Source: an uncultured bacterium (lineage in GTDB: Bacteria > Hydrothermota > Tepidihabitantia > Tepidihabitantales > CAIPLT01). From it: a DNA stretch of 53,097 bases. The stretch spans positions 1-53,097 of the forward strand of contig CAYYPG010000002.1 of NCBI GenBank assembly GCA_964473505.1, written 5' to 3'. A model generated the notes under the pieces. The model did no database searches and had not been told where the DNA came from. It saw nothing but the letters and a program-made list of their open reading frames with translations. Of this stretch, positions 19,786 to 29,127 are shown piece by piece (the stretch's first letter is position 1; each line of letters opens with the position of its first letter). A program made the translations under genes and the position numbers.

Positions 19786-21234
19786 ATGTTAAGACCAGCG
19801 GTTGTTGCAGGACAATTTTATCCTAAAGATAAAAAAATTCTGGAGAAGACCGTAGATGATTTATTGGCCAAAGCGCCAACTGGAAAAATTCCTGGTTCCA
19901 TAATTGGTATAGTGGTTCCCCATGCCGGTTATCCTTATTCCGGTCTTACCGCTGCATATGCTTATAAAGCCGTTGCGGACCAGGATATTACAACTGTAAT
20001 TATGCTGGGTCCAACTCATCGTGTCTTTATTCAAGGCTTTGCAGTATATGGTCAAGGTACTTGGGAAACGCCTTTAGGCAAAGTCACTATTGATGAAACC
20101 ATTGCTCATGCAATTATTGAAAAACACCCGAAAATTAAAAATCTTCCCGAAGCCCACAGTGAAGAACATTCTTTAGAAGTTCAAATTCCGTTTTTGCAGC
20201 GAAACTTCAAGGATTTTAAGATTGTACCGATAATGTCTTTAGAACCGACTTGGGAAGAATGTCAAATTCTTGCCCAAGCTATTGCTCATGCGGTTAAAAA
20301 TAAGAAAGTTTTGATCTTAGCCTCTTCCGATTTATACCATGGCTATTCTTATGATGCGTGTAAAAAGACCGATGCTTTAACTTTAAGTTATCTGGAAAAA
20401 TTTGACCCGGAAGGCCTGTATAATGCCTTAAAACAAGACAAAGCCCAAGCCTGTGGTGGTTATCCCATTGTTATCTTAATGTTAGTGTGTAAATTACTGA
20501 CAGCTGACAAATGCCAAATTCTTCACCAGACTAATTCGAATGATGTAATGGCAGAAAAAGGTGGATACTGCGTGGGTTATGCATCAGCCGTATTCTATAA
20601 AAGTGAAAGTAAATCCCAAATTGATACTGATATCCCGAGCAAAGCCAAACACGACAAAACGACTGAGACTAAGTTAACTGATACAATTCAATTAACTGAA
20701 ACGGAGAAAAAAGAACTTTTAAGAATCGCTCGTGCCACCATTGAAAATCATATCACTGGCAAAAAAATTCCGGAATTTAAACCGCTAACGGAAAAATTAA
20801 AAGAACATTACGGCGTCTTTGTTACCTTAAAAAAGAAAGGACAATTAAGAGGTTGTATCGGTTATGTCCAAGGCATAAAACCGTTATATCAAGCGGTTTC
20901 TGATATGACAATTGCCGCATCGACTGAAGACCCCAGATTTCCTCGCGTGTCCGTCGACGAATTAAAAGACCTTACAATCGAAATCACGGTTATGACGCCG
21001 TTAAGAAAAATTAAGAACATTAATGAAATCCAAGTTGGAAAACATGGTTTGGTTATCAAACGGGGTTATAACCAAGGACTATTATTACCCCAAGTTGCAA
21101 CCGAAGAGAACTGGGACCGGGAAACATTTTTACAACACACTTGTTGGAAAGCCGGCTTACCTCAAGACGCCTGGAAGGATAAAGAAACCGAAATCTATAT
21201 CTTTTCTGGAACCATCTTCAAAGAAAAAGAGTAA
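19786..21234 (+). CDS. fused AmmeMemoRadiSam system proteins B (Memo-like) and A (AMMECR1)
   Basis: The N-terminal half has RPAVVAGQFYP...VPHAGYPYSG (Memo/DUF52). The C-terminal half has GVFVTLKKKGQLRGCIGY...DPRFP...LLLPQVA (AMMECR1). The ATG at 19786 is preceded by GGAGG (19776-19780); the track start at 19723 adds a spurious signal-like extension. Confidence 0.75.
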   Translation: MLRPAVVAGQFYPKDKKILEKTVDDLLAKAPTGKIPGSIIGIVVPHAGYPYSGLTAAYAYKAVADQDITTVIMLGPTHRVFIQGFAVYGQGTWETPLGKVTIDETIAHAIIEKHPKIKNLPEAHSEEHSLEVQIPFLQRNFKDFKIVPIMSLEPTWEECQILAQAIAHAVKNKKVLILASSDLYHGYSYDACKKTDALTLSYLEKFDPEGLYNALKQDKAQACGGYPIVILMLVCKLLTADKCQILHQTNSNDVMAEKGGYCVGYASAVFYKSESKSQIDTDIPSKAKHDKTTETKLTDTIQLTETEKKELLRIARATIENHITGKKIPEFKPLTEKLKEHYGVFVTLKKKGQLRGCIGYVQGIKPLYQAVSDMTIAASTEDPRFPRVSVDELKDLTIEITVMTPLRKIKNINEIQVGKHGLVIKRGYNQGLLLPQVATEENWDRETFLQHTCWKAGLPQDAWKDKETEIYIFSGTIFKEKE

Positions 21235-21254
21235 ACAACCTAATTGGTTTAATT

Positions 21255-21760
21255 TAAATCCGTTTATCATAAAGGAATAAAAACCTATATATTTCGTGTG
21301 AAAATCTTTTCAACTAAAAATAGAAAAGGATTAAGTCACCCCAAAATAAGATTGAATAATATCCCACCTATCATTAACAAGTGACCAAGTAAATCTCAAC
21401 TTATTAGAATAAATTCTCTTATCCTTTAAAAAATAAAAGAAACAAACCAATCCAATAAGTTGATTTAAAAATTCATCTATCATTAAGAAGTAAACAGGTA
21501 AACTCTAATAAAATCATCTTAACTTAAAAAAGCAAAAGAATGAAAATAACCCATACATTTTGAGTAAAAATCCGTTTGGCTTAAAAAAGTAAGGGAACAA
21601 AATACCCCAATAAGTTGGTATAAGAATCTATTTATCATTAAGAAATAAATAAATAATAAAAATCCTCTAAACTTAAAAAAAAGAATAAAATGATCCCGTA
21701 CATTTTGAGTAAAATTCGATTATCTTACAAAGAAAAAGAATACATAATTTTTTAACGAAG
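21255..21760. repeat. very AT-rich degenerate tandem repeat block (about 90-155 nt units)
   Basis: Recurring sub-motifs: ATC..TTATCATTAAGAA at about 21258, 21361, 21471, 21626 and 21713; CCAATAAGTTG at about 21451 and 21607; ACATTTTGAGTAAAA at about 21555 and 21699. Confidence 0.55.
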
Positions 21761-21898
21761 CACCCGATTTGGTTTGGTAAGCAATCCAATTATTCATCTC
21801 ATCTGTTGTCTTATTGAACATCTATCAGTTAAATCAAGAGACTACTCAGAAATCAGTTTAAAATACTGTCGATTTGATAGTTGGACAGGCAATCCCTT

Positions 21899-21942
21899 GG
21901 GTACCCCCCTGGATATCCCCTGGGTATACCCTCTGGTATACC
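21899..21942. repeat. four phased GC-rich palindromes, exact 12-bp period
   Basis: GGGTACCC (21899-21906), GGATATCC (21911-21918), GGGTATACCC (21922-21931) and GGTATACC (21935-21942). Their centres are exactly 12 bp apart. Confidence 0.8.
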
Positions 21943-21977
21943 TGGGAGATTGTCCATTAGATAAAGGAGATTGCCAG

Positions 21978-22060
21978 GGAGATATGATCAAATGTTGTGG
22001 AAAATTGAATATATCAATAAAAACACTTGATGAGACCTTATAAAAGGAAAAAGATATCTC
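21978..22060 (-). repeat. D/E repeat unit (reverse D motif plus 55-nt E segment)
   Basis: Colinear with 22245-22328 (GAGATATGATCAAATGTTGTGGAAAATTGAAT..CTTGATGAGACCTTATAAAAGGAAAAAGATAT). Confidence 0.6.
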
Positions 22061-22084
22061 TAATATATCTAAATTAAAATATAA

Positions 22085-22106
22085 CAACTGTTGTGAAAAA
22101 TTGAAG
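22085..22106 (-). repeat. partial reverse D motif
   Basis: CAACTGTTGTGAAAAATTGAAG resembles TCAAATGTTGTGGAAAATTGAAT. Confidence 0.4.
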
Positions 22107-22244
22107 ACATGTCGTTTTATGGGTAAAACAAAAGCGCCGACACCAGTTAAAATATTAATGTGTCGGCAGAAGGACAAATTAACATGAAAGATTATGTCAA
22201 AAATCAAATTAAGTCAAGAACTATCTTGAACCGCCAGCATAAAC

Positions 22245-22366
22245 AGAGATATAATCAAATGTTAGGGAAAACTGAATGTATCGATAAAAATCCCTTGATG
22301 AGACTTTACAAAAGGAAAAAGATATACCTAAACTATAATAAATTTCCACTAACATTGACAATATCT
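22245..22366. mobile_element. MITE-like unit bounded by roughly 25-nt imperfect terminal inverted repeats (D motif)
   Basis: The left end AGAGATATAATCAAATGTTAGGGAAAA pairs with the reverse complement of the right end AGATATTGTCAATGTTAGTGGAAATT (about 21/25 with one indel). It has no ORF and I see no clear target-site duplication. Confidence 0.4.
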
Positions 22367-22434
22367 TTTATTTCTCAGCCCAATGGTTATTAAATTTGGA
22401 GAGTTAGCTTATGATGGAACCTTATATAAAAAGA

Positions 22435-22473
22435 AGATATACTTAACGATCCATAAACATTGACAATGTCTCT
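22435..22473 (+). repeat. D-motif copy (internally shortened)
   Basis: AGATATACTTAACGATCCATAAACATTGACAATGTCTCT. Confidence 0.5.
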
Positions 22474-22492
22474 CTTAGGAATAAGACCTTAC

Positions 22493-22537
22493 AGATATGC
22501 CTAACTAATAATAAAGTTTCACAAACATAAACGATAG
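22493..22537 (+). repeat. D-motif copy (diverged)
   Basis: AGATATGCCTAACTAATAATAAAGTTTCACAAACATAAACGATAG. Confidence 0.5.
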
Positions 22538-22586
22538 TTTTGAACCACCAATAGAAAATTTACCAGGAACAGGAAAATACTGTTTT

Positions 22587-24257
22587 TTATGATAAGCCGA
22601 GTATCTTTCCGTTTTCATCAAGGTCAATACGCATCGCATTCGGTGTTTTAGCAAGCCCAGGCATTAAAGTAATCTCACCGGCTAAAGGTACCAGAAAACC
22701 TGCGCCGGCAGAAATACTAATATCAGTAATTGTAATTTTAAAGTTTTCTGGTCGGCCATAAAGGGTTGGGTCATCACTTAAAGAGCGGTTGGTTTTAGCA
22801 ATACAAATTGGCAGTTTTGCTAAACCTAATTTTTCAATCCGCATAATATCTTTTTCAGCTTTTGGCGTATAGACGACTCGATTCGCACCATAAATCTCAG
22901 TTGCAACTTTTTCGATTTTGATCGCAATTGAATCCTCTAATTCATATATTGGTTTTGGATTGGCTGGATTTTGTTCAATGGTTTTGATTATGGTTTGAGC
23001 TAAATCAATAGCGCCTTCACCTCCAGATTGAAAACTATGAACTTCAACACAAGCAACCTGATTTTGATCACAATACTCTTTAACAATTTTGATTTCATCA
23101 TCCGTATCATCGAAAAACCTATTGAGTGCAACTATTGCCGGCATTCCCAATTTTTTAACATTTTCAATATGTTTTGCCAGATTCGGTAACCCCTGTTTGA
23201 GATGTTCAATTGTGCCGGACTTCAAGTCTTTTTCCTGAGCACCGCCATGTAATTTCAAAGCCCTGATTGTTGCAACAATTACTGCGGCATCTACCTTAAA
23301 ACCGGCAAATCGGGATACGATATCAATAAATTTCTCCGCACCTAAATCCGAACCAAAACCGGCTTCGGTGACAACATAATCTGAAAGTTTTAATGCCATT
23401 TTGGTTGCAATTACACTACTTGTACCATGAGCAATATTCGCAAATGGTCCGGTATGAATGAATGCTGGTGTCTGTTCAATTGTCTGCACTAAATTGGGTT
23501 TAAGCGCATCTTTTAATAAAACCGCCATTGCACCGCAAACTCCTAAATCGCCGGCGGTTATAGGATTATTATGGATATCAAAGGCAACTAAAATTCGGCA
23601 CAATCTTTGTTTTAATTCTTTAAGTGAACTCGATAACCCTAGAATTGCCATTACCTCACTGGCAGCAGTAATGATAAAACCATCTTCCCGAGCAGGACCA
23701 TTAGTCTTGCCACCTAAACCGACTACAATATTACGTAAACTTCGGTCATTCATATCCATTGCTCGCTTAATCAAAATTTCCCTTTCGTCTATTTGCAACT
23801 TGTTACCAAAATGGATATGGTTATCTAATACCGCACATAAAAGATTATGTGCGGAACTGACCGCATGAATATCTCCAGTAAAGTGTAAATTTATATCTTC
23901 CATAGGTAACACTTGAGCATAACCTCCGCCCGCAGCACCACCTTTTATACCAAATACCGGACCCAAAGAAGGTTCCCGCAAGGTGACAATTGATTTCTTG
24001 CTCAATTTATTAAAAGCCATACTCAGTCCAATTGCCACGGTGGTCTTACCTTCGCCATAGGCAGTTGGCGTAATCGCGGTAATGAGAATTAACTTGCCAT
24101 TCGGATTGGATTTAATCTTTTCCCAGAACTGAAGGGAAATTTTGGCTTTGTATCGACCACAAGGCAAAATATATGCTTCGGCTATGCCCAATTGGTCCGC
24201 CAAATTCTCTATGGGGATTAGTTTTGCGGCTTGAGCAATTTCAATATCTGTTTTCAT
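22587..24257 (-). CDS. fhs: formate--tetrahydrofolate ligase
   Basis: 556-aa ORF with MKTDIEIAQ, PTAYGEGKTT (P-loop) and full-length colinearity with the FTHFS family. Confidence 0.9.
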   Translation of the reverse strand: MKTDIEIAQAAKLIPIENLADQLGIAEAYILPCGRYKAKISLQFWEKIKSNPNGKLILITAITPTAYGEGKTTVAIGLSMAFNKLSKKSIVTLREPSLGPVFGIKGGAAGGGYAQVLPMEDINLHFTGDIHAVSSAHNLLCAVLDNHIHFGNKLQIDEREILIKRAMDMNDRSLRNIVVGLGGKTNGPAREDGFIITAASEVMAILGLSSSLKELKQRLCRILVAFDIHNNPITAGDLGVCGAMAVLLKDALKPNLVQTIEQTPAFIHTGPFANIAHGTSSVIATKMALKLSDYVVTEAGFGSDLGAEKFIDIVSRFAGFKVDAAVIVATIRALKLHGGAQEKDLKSGTIEHLKQGLPNLAKHIENVKKLGMPAIVALNRFFDDTDDEIKIVKEYCDQNQVACVEVHSFQSGGEGAIDLAQTIIKTIEQNPANPKPIYELEDSIAIKIEKVATEIYGANRVVYTPKAEKDIMRIEKLGLAKLPICIAKTNRSLSDDPTLYGRPENFKITITDISISAGAGFLVPLAGEITLMPGLAKTPNAMRIDLDENGKILGLS

Positions 24258-24332
24258 TTTGGACTCTTAACTTCCTCCGGAAACACCAAGAGGCAAAGTA
24301 AGAAAATAATCTGTTTTTTATCTCTTCTCTTG

Positions 24333-26645
24333 TTATCTTTCGTGCTTTAATTCTTTTTTTAATCGTAACGAATTGGTCACAACATTAATTGAACTTAATG
24401 CCATTGCAATTTCCGCAATAACTGGATGTAACAGTCCGAAGATTGCTAATGGTAGGGCAATTATATTATAAAAGAATGCCCAAAAAAGATTCTGTTTGAT
24501 TTTATTAAAAGTTGCTCGGGAAAGTTTTATTGCAGTCACAACACCTTTAAGGCTACCACTGATTAATGTTACTTCTGAGGCTTCAATTGCAATATCTGTA
24601 CCCGTTCCGATTGCAATGCCAACATCGGCTTGAGTCAATGCCGGCGAATCATTAATTCCATCACCAACCATAGCTACCATTCCATATTCTTTTTGAAGTT
24701 CGATAATCGCCTTTTGTTTATCTGCGGGTAAAACATTACCCACAATCTTTTCAATTCCAACTTTTTTTCCAACAGCCTGGGCAGTCCGTTCATTATCACC
24801 GGTAAGCACAACTAAACTTAATCCCATCTTCTTTAATTCTTCTAATGCGGATAGAGAATCGTCTTTTAATGCATCGGCAATTGCAATTAAGCCGACGATT
24901 TTTTGCTCCAAGGCAACCAGTATCACAGTTTTGGCTTCATTTTCTAATTCGGTTATATTACCATTAAATATTGCATAGTCTATCTTTAACTCATCGAAAA
25001 GAATTTTATTGCCGATTACAACCTTTTTACCATCAATTTTACCGGTAATCCCTTTACCCGGTAATGCACCAAACTCTGTTGGAGTAATCATTTTAATTCC
25101 TTGATTTTGCGCTGATTCAACAACTGCCCTGGCTAAAGGATGTTCTGAACCTGATTCTAAACTACTAGCAATTGTCAGCAACTCATTCTTGGGAAAATTG
25201 TTATTGGTAATTATATCCGTAATTTCCGGCTTACCTTTAGTGATTGTGCCGGTCTTATCAAATACTATTGCTTTTACTGCTTTTAAGGTTTGAATTGCTT
25301 GCCCTGACCGAAACAAAATGCCTTTTTCGGCTCCAATACCTAAACTAACCATTAAAGCGGTTGGTGTTGCCAGACCTAAAGCACATGGACATGCAATAAC
25401 TAAAACTGCCACTGAAGCAAAAATTGCTAAAGATAACGGAGTTACCGATGGATTTACCCAAGGTAGAAAACTATTTGCCCAAAAGAGAATATTTCTCAAG
25501 TAAGTTGCAAAAAATAACCAAAGAAAGAATGTTGCGGTTGCGAGGATAGTGATTATCGGCACAAACTTTGCAGTTACTTTATCGGCAAATTCTTGAATTG
25601 GCACTTTAGAATTTTGACATTCTTCAACCAGTTTGATGATCTGGGCTAAAAATGTATCCTTACCAACCTTTGTTGCACGGATATAGAGTAAGCCATTTAG
25701 ATTAATGGTTGCTCCAATAACTGCATCGCCTTCTTTTTTCTCAACCGGCAATGATTCACCAGTTACCATTGATTCATCAACCACTGAGCTTCCGAAAACA
25801 ATTTCGCCATCTGTCGGAATTTTCTCGCCCGGTCGCACAACCATTATATCATTAACCTTCAATTGTTCAATTGGAATCTCCTGCTCTTCATTATTTACCA
25901 AGATTCTAACTGCTTTTGTTCCTAACTGCATTAATCTTTTAATTGCCTGCGAAGCTTTGCCTTTAGCCCTCGCTTCAATATATCGACCAGTAAGATGAAT
26001 TGCCATTATCATTCCTGCGATACCAGCATAATTTTCAGTTGGGAGACCGAAGATTTTCAAGATACCCGTGATTAAAGCAGTGACGGTGCCGATACTAATT
26101 AAAACATCCATTGATGCTGAACCATGTTTAACCGAAACGACTCCTGCTTTTAAGGTATTAAACCCAGGAACGAAGACAGCAAGACCACCCAATATGAGCA
26201 AAAAGTAATCAATATTAGGCATATGAATATTAACGACCATATGCTGAAGCATTAGACCAATTAGTGGAATCGTAATTACCCAGACGGTTATTAATCTCAA
26301 TTTGGCTTTCTGCCAAAGTTTATAAGAAATGTCTTCAAGTTCTTTTTCTTCTGGCACCTCATAACCCACAGCAGTAATTGTCTCTTTTATTTTCTTTAGA
26401 TTAATAATGCTTTTATCATATTCAATCGTTGCGCTTTCTGATGCTAAATTAACTCTGACTTTATCAATCCCCGGTAGTTTTTTTAATGCATTCTCCACAG
26501 TTATAACACAACCGGCACAAGTCATCCCTTTTACAGGAATAGTTATGGTTTCTGTCTTTTTAGTCTTTTGCATTTCATTAGGAAGCGTAATAAAAAGGTT
26601 CTGCGATTTAAGATATTTCTCAGGGTCAGCTTGGAATTTCTCCAA
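24333..26645 (-). CDS. copA: copper-translocating P1B-type ATPase
   Basis: 770-aa ORF with an N-terminal HMA domain GMTCAGCV, the CPC motif ([11 protein letters not shown]), DKTGTIT and [10 protein letters not shown]. Confidence 0.9.
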   Translation of the reverse strand: MEKFQADPEKYLKSQNLFITLPNEMQKTKKTETITIPVKGMTCAGCVITVENALKKLPGIDKVRVNLASESATIEYDKSIINLKKIKETITAVGYEVPEEKELEDISYKLWQKAKLRLITVWVITIPLIGLMLQHMVVNIHMPNIDYFLLILGGLAVFVPGFNTLKAGVVSVKHGSASMDVLISIGTVTALITGILKIFGLPTENYAGIAGMIMAIHLTGRYIEARAKGKASQAIKRLMQLGTKAVRILVNNEEQEIPIEQLKVNDIMVVRPGEKIPTDGEIVFGSSVVDESMVTGESLPVEKKEGDAVIGATINLNGLLYIRATKVGKDTFLAQIIKLVEECQNSKVPIQEFADKVTAKFVPIITILATATFFLWLFFATYLRNILFWANSFLPWVNPSVTPLSLAIFASVAVLVIACPCALGLATPTALMVSLGIGAEKGILFRSGQAIQTLKAVKAIVFDKTGTITKGKPEITDIITNNNFPKNELLTIASSLESGSEHPLARAVVESAQNQGIKMITPTEFGALPGKGITGKIDGKKVVIGNKILFDELKIDYAIFNGNITELENEAKTVILVALEQKIVGLIAIADALKDDSLSALEELKKMGLSLVVLTGDNERTAQAVGKKVGIEKIVGNVLPADKQKAIIELQKEYGMVAMVGDGINDSPALTQADVGIAIGTGTDIAIEASEVTLISGSLKGVVTAIKLSRATFNKIKQNLFWAFFYNIIALPLAIFGLLHPVIAEIAMALSSINVVTNSLRLKKELKHER

Positions 26646-26916
26646 ACATTACCTACTGCAAAAATAATAAGTTATACCTTGGATATTCTAATCTACCGTC
26701 TTCGTCCGATTCTTTTATCTCCATTCCACATATTGAATCTTTATAAAGCATATTAAAATCAGTTGAAAAATATATCTGTTTTTAAGATGGCATATTAAGC
26801 TAAGTTTACATCTACATCTCTGCACCCGAATCCAAGTTCAGAATAGTATAAGTTCTCTTCTTTAGATTTTATTTTATTTTTAAGTAAGTGTTTGGTTAAA
26901 TCTGAACTCTATGTGC

Positions 26917-26931
26917 TATATATATATATAT
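26917..26931. repeat. (TA)7 microsatellite
   Basis: TATATATATATATAT lies immediately 3' of the dfx stop, in the 295-nt dfx-copA spacer. Confidence 0.8.
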
Positions 26932-26940
26932 TGGCAATAG

Positions 26941-27315
26941 TTATGCCTTCCACAGTCCGTGAATATTACAATATTCGCGGGCGGTAATATTTTCGGCTTG
27001 GATATTAAACTCGGCTTCTGGTGTATCACCCGGTTTTAAAAATTTTCGATAACTTCTGCCGTCAGCAATAATTTGAATCCACTCAATATAGTGTTTATCT
27101 TCCATAGGGTGTGGTATTGAGCCAATTTTAACTTTTATGCCCGTCGCAGTCTTTTCAATCACCGGCACATGTTTTTCCAGACCGACATCAGCCGTTTTTT
27201 CTTGTAAAAGTTCCATCGGTTCGCCGCAACAGACTAAAGTGCCGCCACCCATATGCAGAACTTCAACAATATTACCACAAATTTTACATTTATAGATTTG
27301 AGATATTGTAGTCAT
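26941..27315 (-). CDS. dfx: desulfoferrodoxin (2Fe superoxide reductase)
   Basis: 124-aa ORF with an N-terminal desulforedoxin-like CKICGN...CCGEPM and a C-terminal SOR domain EKHVPVIE...HPM...HYIEWI. Confidence 0.85.
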   Translation of the reverse strand: MTTISQIYKCKICGNIVEVLHMGGGTLVCCGEPMELLQEKTADVGLEKHVPVIEKTATGIKVKIGSIPHPMEDKHYIEWIQIIADGRSYRKFLKPGDTPEAEFNIQAENITAREYCNIHGLWKA

Positions 27316-27356
27316 TTTATTCTCCTTGGTCTAACTTTATCTTTCCATTTTTTTTA

Positions 27357-27371
27357 TTAATTATTAATTAA
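27357..27371. promoter_or_regulatory. perfect 7-1-7 inverted repeat (Fur/PerR-family-type operator candidate) upstream of dfx
   Basis: TTAATTA-T-TAATTAA lies 42-56 nt upstream of the dfx ATG. It has the same geometry as the PerR box TTATAATnATTATAA. Confidence 0.4.
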
Positions 27372-27416
27372 TATTATATAGTTTCTGTATTCTAAAAACA
27401 AGACTTGCTTTTCTTA

Positions 27417-27836
27417 TTATATCTCTTCCAGTAATCCAGTAAAAGTATCAAGATGTTCTTCTTCGTCGGCTAAAATACCTTCAAATATTTTCTTCGTTGT
27501 AATATCACCTTCTTTATCAGCGAAAGCAATTATTTCCTTGTATAATTTGACGGCACTTTCCTCATCTTTTCTATCTTGAGTAATTATTTCTTTTAAGTTT
27601 TTACCCACAAAGATCGGTTCCGGCTGGGTTGTGGGAATTCCGCCTAAATAATTAAGTCGTTCCGCAATAGCTTCTGCATGTTTCATTTCAGTAATTGCGA
27701 TTGCTTTTAATTCATCTTTAACTGCAAATGCTTTGACACCTTTCCATTGCACATGTTGCCACATATATTGGATAGCGACTTGCAATTCTCGGGCAATTGC
27801 TTTATTCAACATATCCATTAATTGTGTGTTAACCAT
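27417..27836 (-). CDS. bacterioferritin-like ferritin-fold protein
   Basis: 139-aa ORF. The di-iron ligand pattern E..Q/EMKHAE/EEEH is spaced as in bacterioferritin. Confidence 0.7.
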   Translation of the reverse strand: MVNTQLMDMLNKAIARELQVAIQYMWQHVQWKGVKAFAVKDELKAIAITEMKHAEAIAERLNYLGGIPTTQPEPIFVGKNLKEIITQDRKDEESAVKLYKEIIAFADKEGDITTKKIFEGILADEEEHLDTFTGLLEEI

Positions 27837-27878
27837 ATTAATTCCTTTCTTTTCTATAACATCTTTAATGTTTTTGAC

Positions 27879-28550
27879 TTATTTCGATAGTTTTTTATGA
27901 CATAACCACCAATCAATACATTCAAATTCACCGGCTTTTGCTTTATCAAATCTTTCTTTAGCGGTTTTAATATCTCGTGCTGGTGGAATAATCACATGGT
28001 CATTCATAATTTCGTTGTTGGGCCAGTTTGCTGGCATGGCAACGCCATATTTATCAGAAATTTGCATGGCTTCGACTGCTCGTAAAATTTCATCTATATT
28101 ACGACCTAATTCTTGAGGATAATAAAGAATGATCCGAATTTTCCCTTTGTCATCAACCACAAATACTGCTCGTACTGTATTTGTTCCTTTGCCCGGATGA
28201 ATTAATCCTAAAGCATCCGCTATTTTACCTGTATCGGCAATAATTGGAAATTCAATTTCCACTCCGAGTTTTTCTTTTATCCACTCTTCCCATTTAATAT
28301 GAGAAAAAACCTGGTCAACACTTAAACCAATAAGTTCACAATTTAGTGCTCTAAATTTATGATATCTTTTTTGAAAAGCAACAAATTCCGTAGTACAAAC
28401 AGGAGTAAAATCAGCCGGATGACTAAATAAGACAAACCACTTACCAGCAAATGCTTTCGGCAAATCGATTTCGCCATGAGTTGTTTGTACTTTCATTTCT
28501 GGGAATAGATCACCCAGAAGTGGCATACTTTTCTTTTCTATGTTGTTCAT
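27879..28550 (-). CDS. peroxiredoxin (Prx6/1-Cys-like subfamily)
   Basis: 223-aa ORF with the active-site motif [17 protein letters not shown] lies 6 nt upstream of the ATG. Confidence 0.85.
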   Translation of the reverse strand: MNNIEKKSMPLLGDLFPEMKVQTTHGEIDLPKAFAGKWFVLFSHPADFTPVCTTEFVAFQKRYHKFRALNCELIGLSVDQVFSHIKWEEWIKEKLGVEIEFPIIADTGKIADALGLIHPGKGTNTVRAVFVVDDKGKIRIILYYPQELGRNIDEILRAVEAMQISDKYGVAMPANWPNNEIMNDHVIIPPARDIKTAKERFDKAKAGEFECIDWWLCHKKLSK

Positions 28551-28630
28551 GATTTCTCCTTTCTTTTCTTTTTCATAGATTGGTTATTTGTTTAGCATAT
28601 TTATACTCACATACATATTTTGCTTCTCTA

Positions 28631-28883
28631 ATAATTACTGAAACAATAATTTTGTAATTCGATTTTTTTGTTAATAGTTTTTATATGTTTGGCTTTTTTA
28701 TTTTTACAGAACATATGCTGTTTTTCTAGATTCCGATACATAATTATTAGACTAATAAATTTGTAATTCGGTTCTTTTTGTTAATAGTTTTTATATGTTT
28801 ATTTTTACAGAACATATGCTGTTTTTCCAAATCTCGCCACCATAATTATTATGCTATTAAATTTGTAAAATTCAGTTTGTTTG
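28631..28883. repeat. 2.4 tandem copies of a roughly 105-nt unit upstream of prx
   Basis: Units are 28631-28739, 28740-28841 and the partial 28842-28883. Each starts ATAATTAYTRNAMYAATAAWTTTGTAA and the full units contain TATATGTTT..ACAGAACATATGCTG. Confidence 0.8.
28744..28758. promoter_or_regulatory. perfect 7-1-7 inverted repeat (Fur/PerR-type operator candidate) in repeat unit 2
   Basis: TTATTAG-A-CTAATAA. The equivalent positions in units 1 and 3 are degenerate (4/7 and 5/7 arm matches). Confidence 0.35.
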
Positions 28884-28932
28884 TCCCAAGACGCAACCGA
28901 GAAATTTACCTAATTACCTTATCTAATTTTTA

Positions 28933-28984
28933 GATAGTGCCTAATACTTTGTGTAAATTGTGCTCATATTAAAAATGGGATCAG
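28933..28984 (-). repeat. B-family copy (partial)
   Basis: The core GTGCCTAATACTTTGTGTAAATT is at 28937-28959. Confidence 0.45.
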
Positions 28985-29127
28985 AAATTACAAAATCTTT
29001 CATCATGACAAAATCGTATATCACCCCAATGAAACTCTGAAACTGTCGCCCTCATATTGCAGAACATAAAATCGTTGTACAAAAAGTAATCAAACAAATT
29101 AGAAAAAATTTAAAATGTCTCTTGAGT

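Noticed and set aside
21255-22586. A CRISPR array in the repeat-rich spacers (also 28631-28883, 51588-51905, 52610-52950).
   Set aside because: The units are contiguous or irregularly spaced and degenerate (75-90% identity). They are 50-160 nt long, have no unique spacers of constant length, and there are no cas genes.
26917-26931. The (TA)7 tract as a phase-variation switch for copA.
   Set aside because: It lies about 270 nt upstream of the copA ATG, right after the dfx stop. It is not positioned between recognisable -35 and -10 hexamers.
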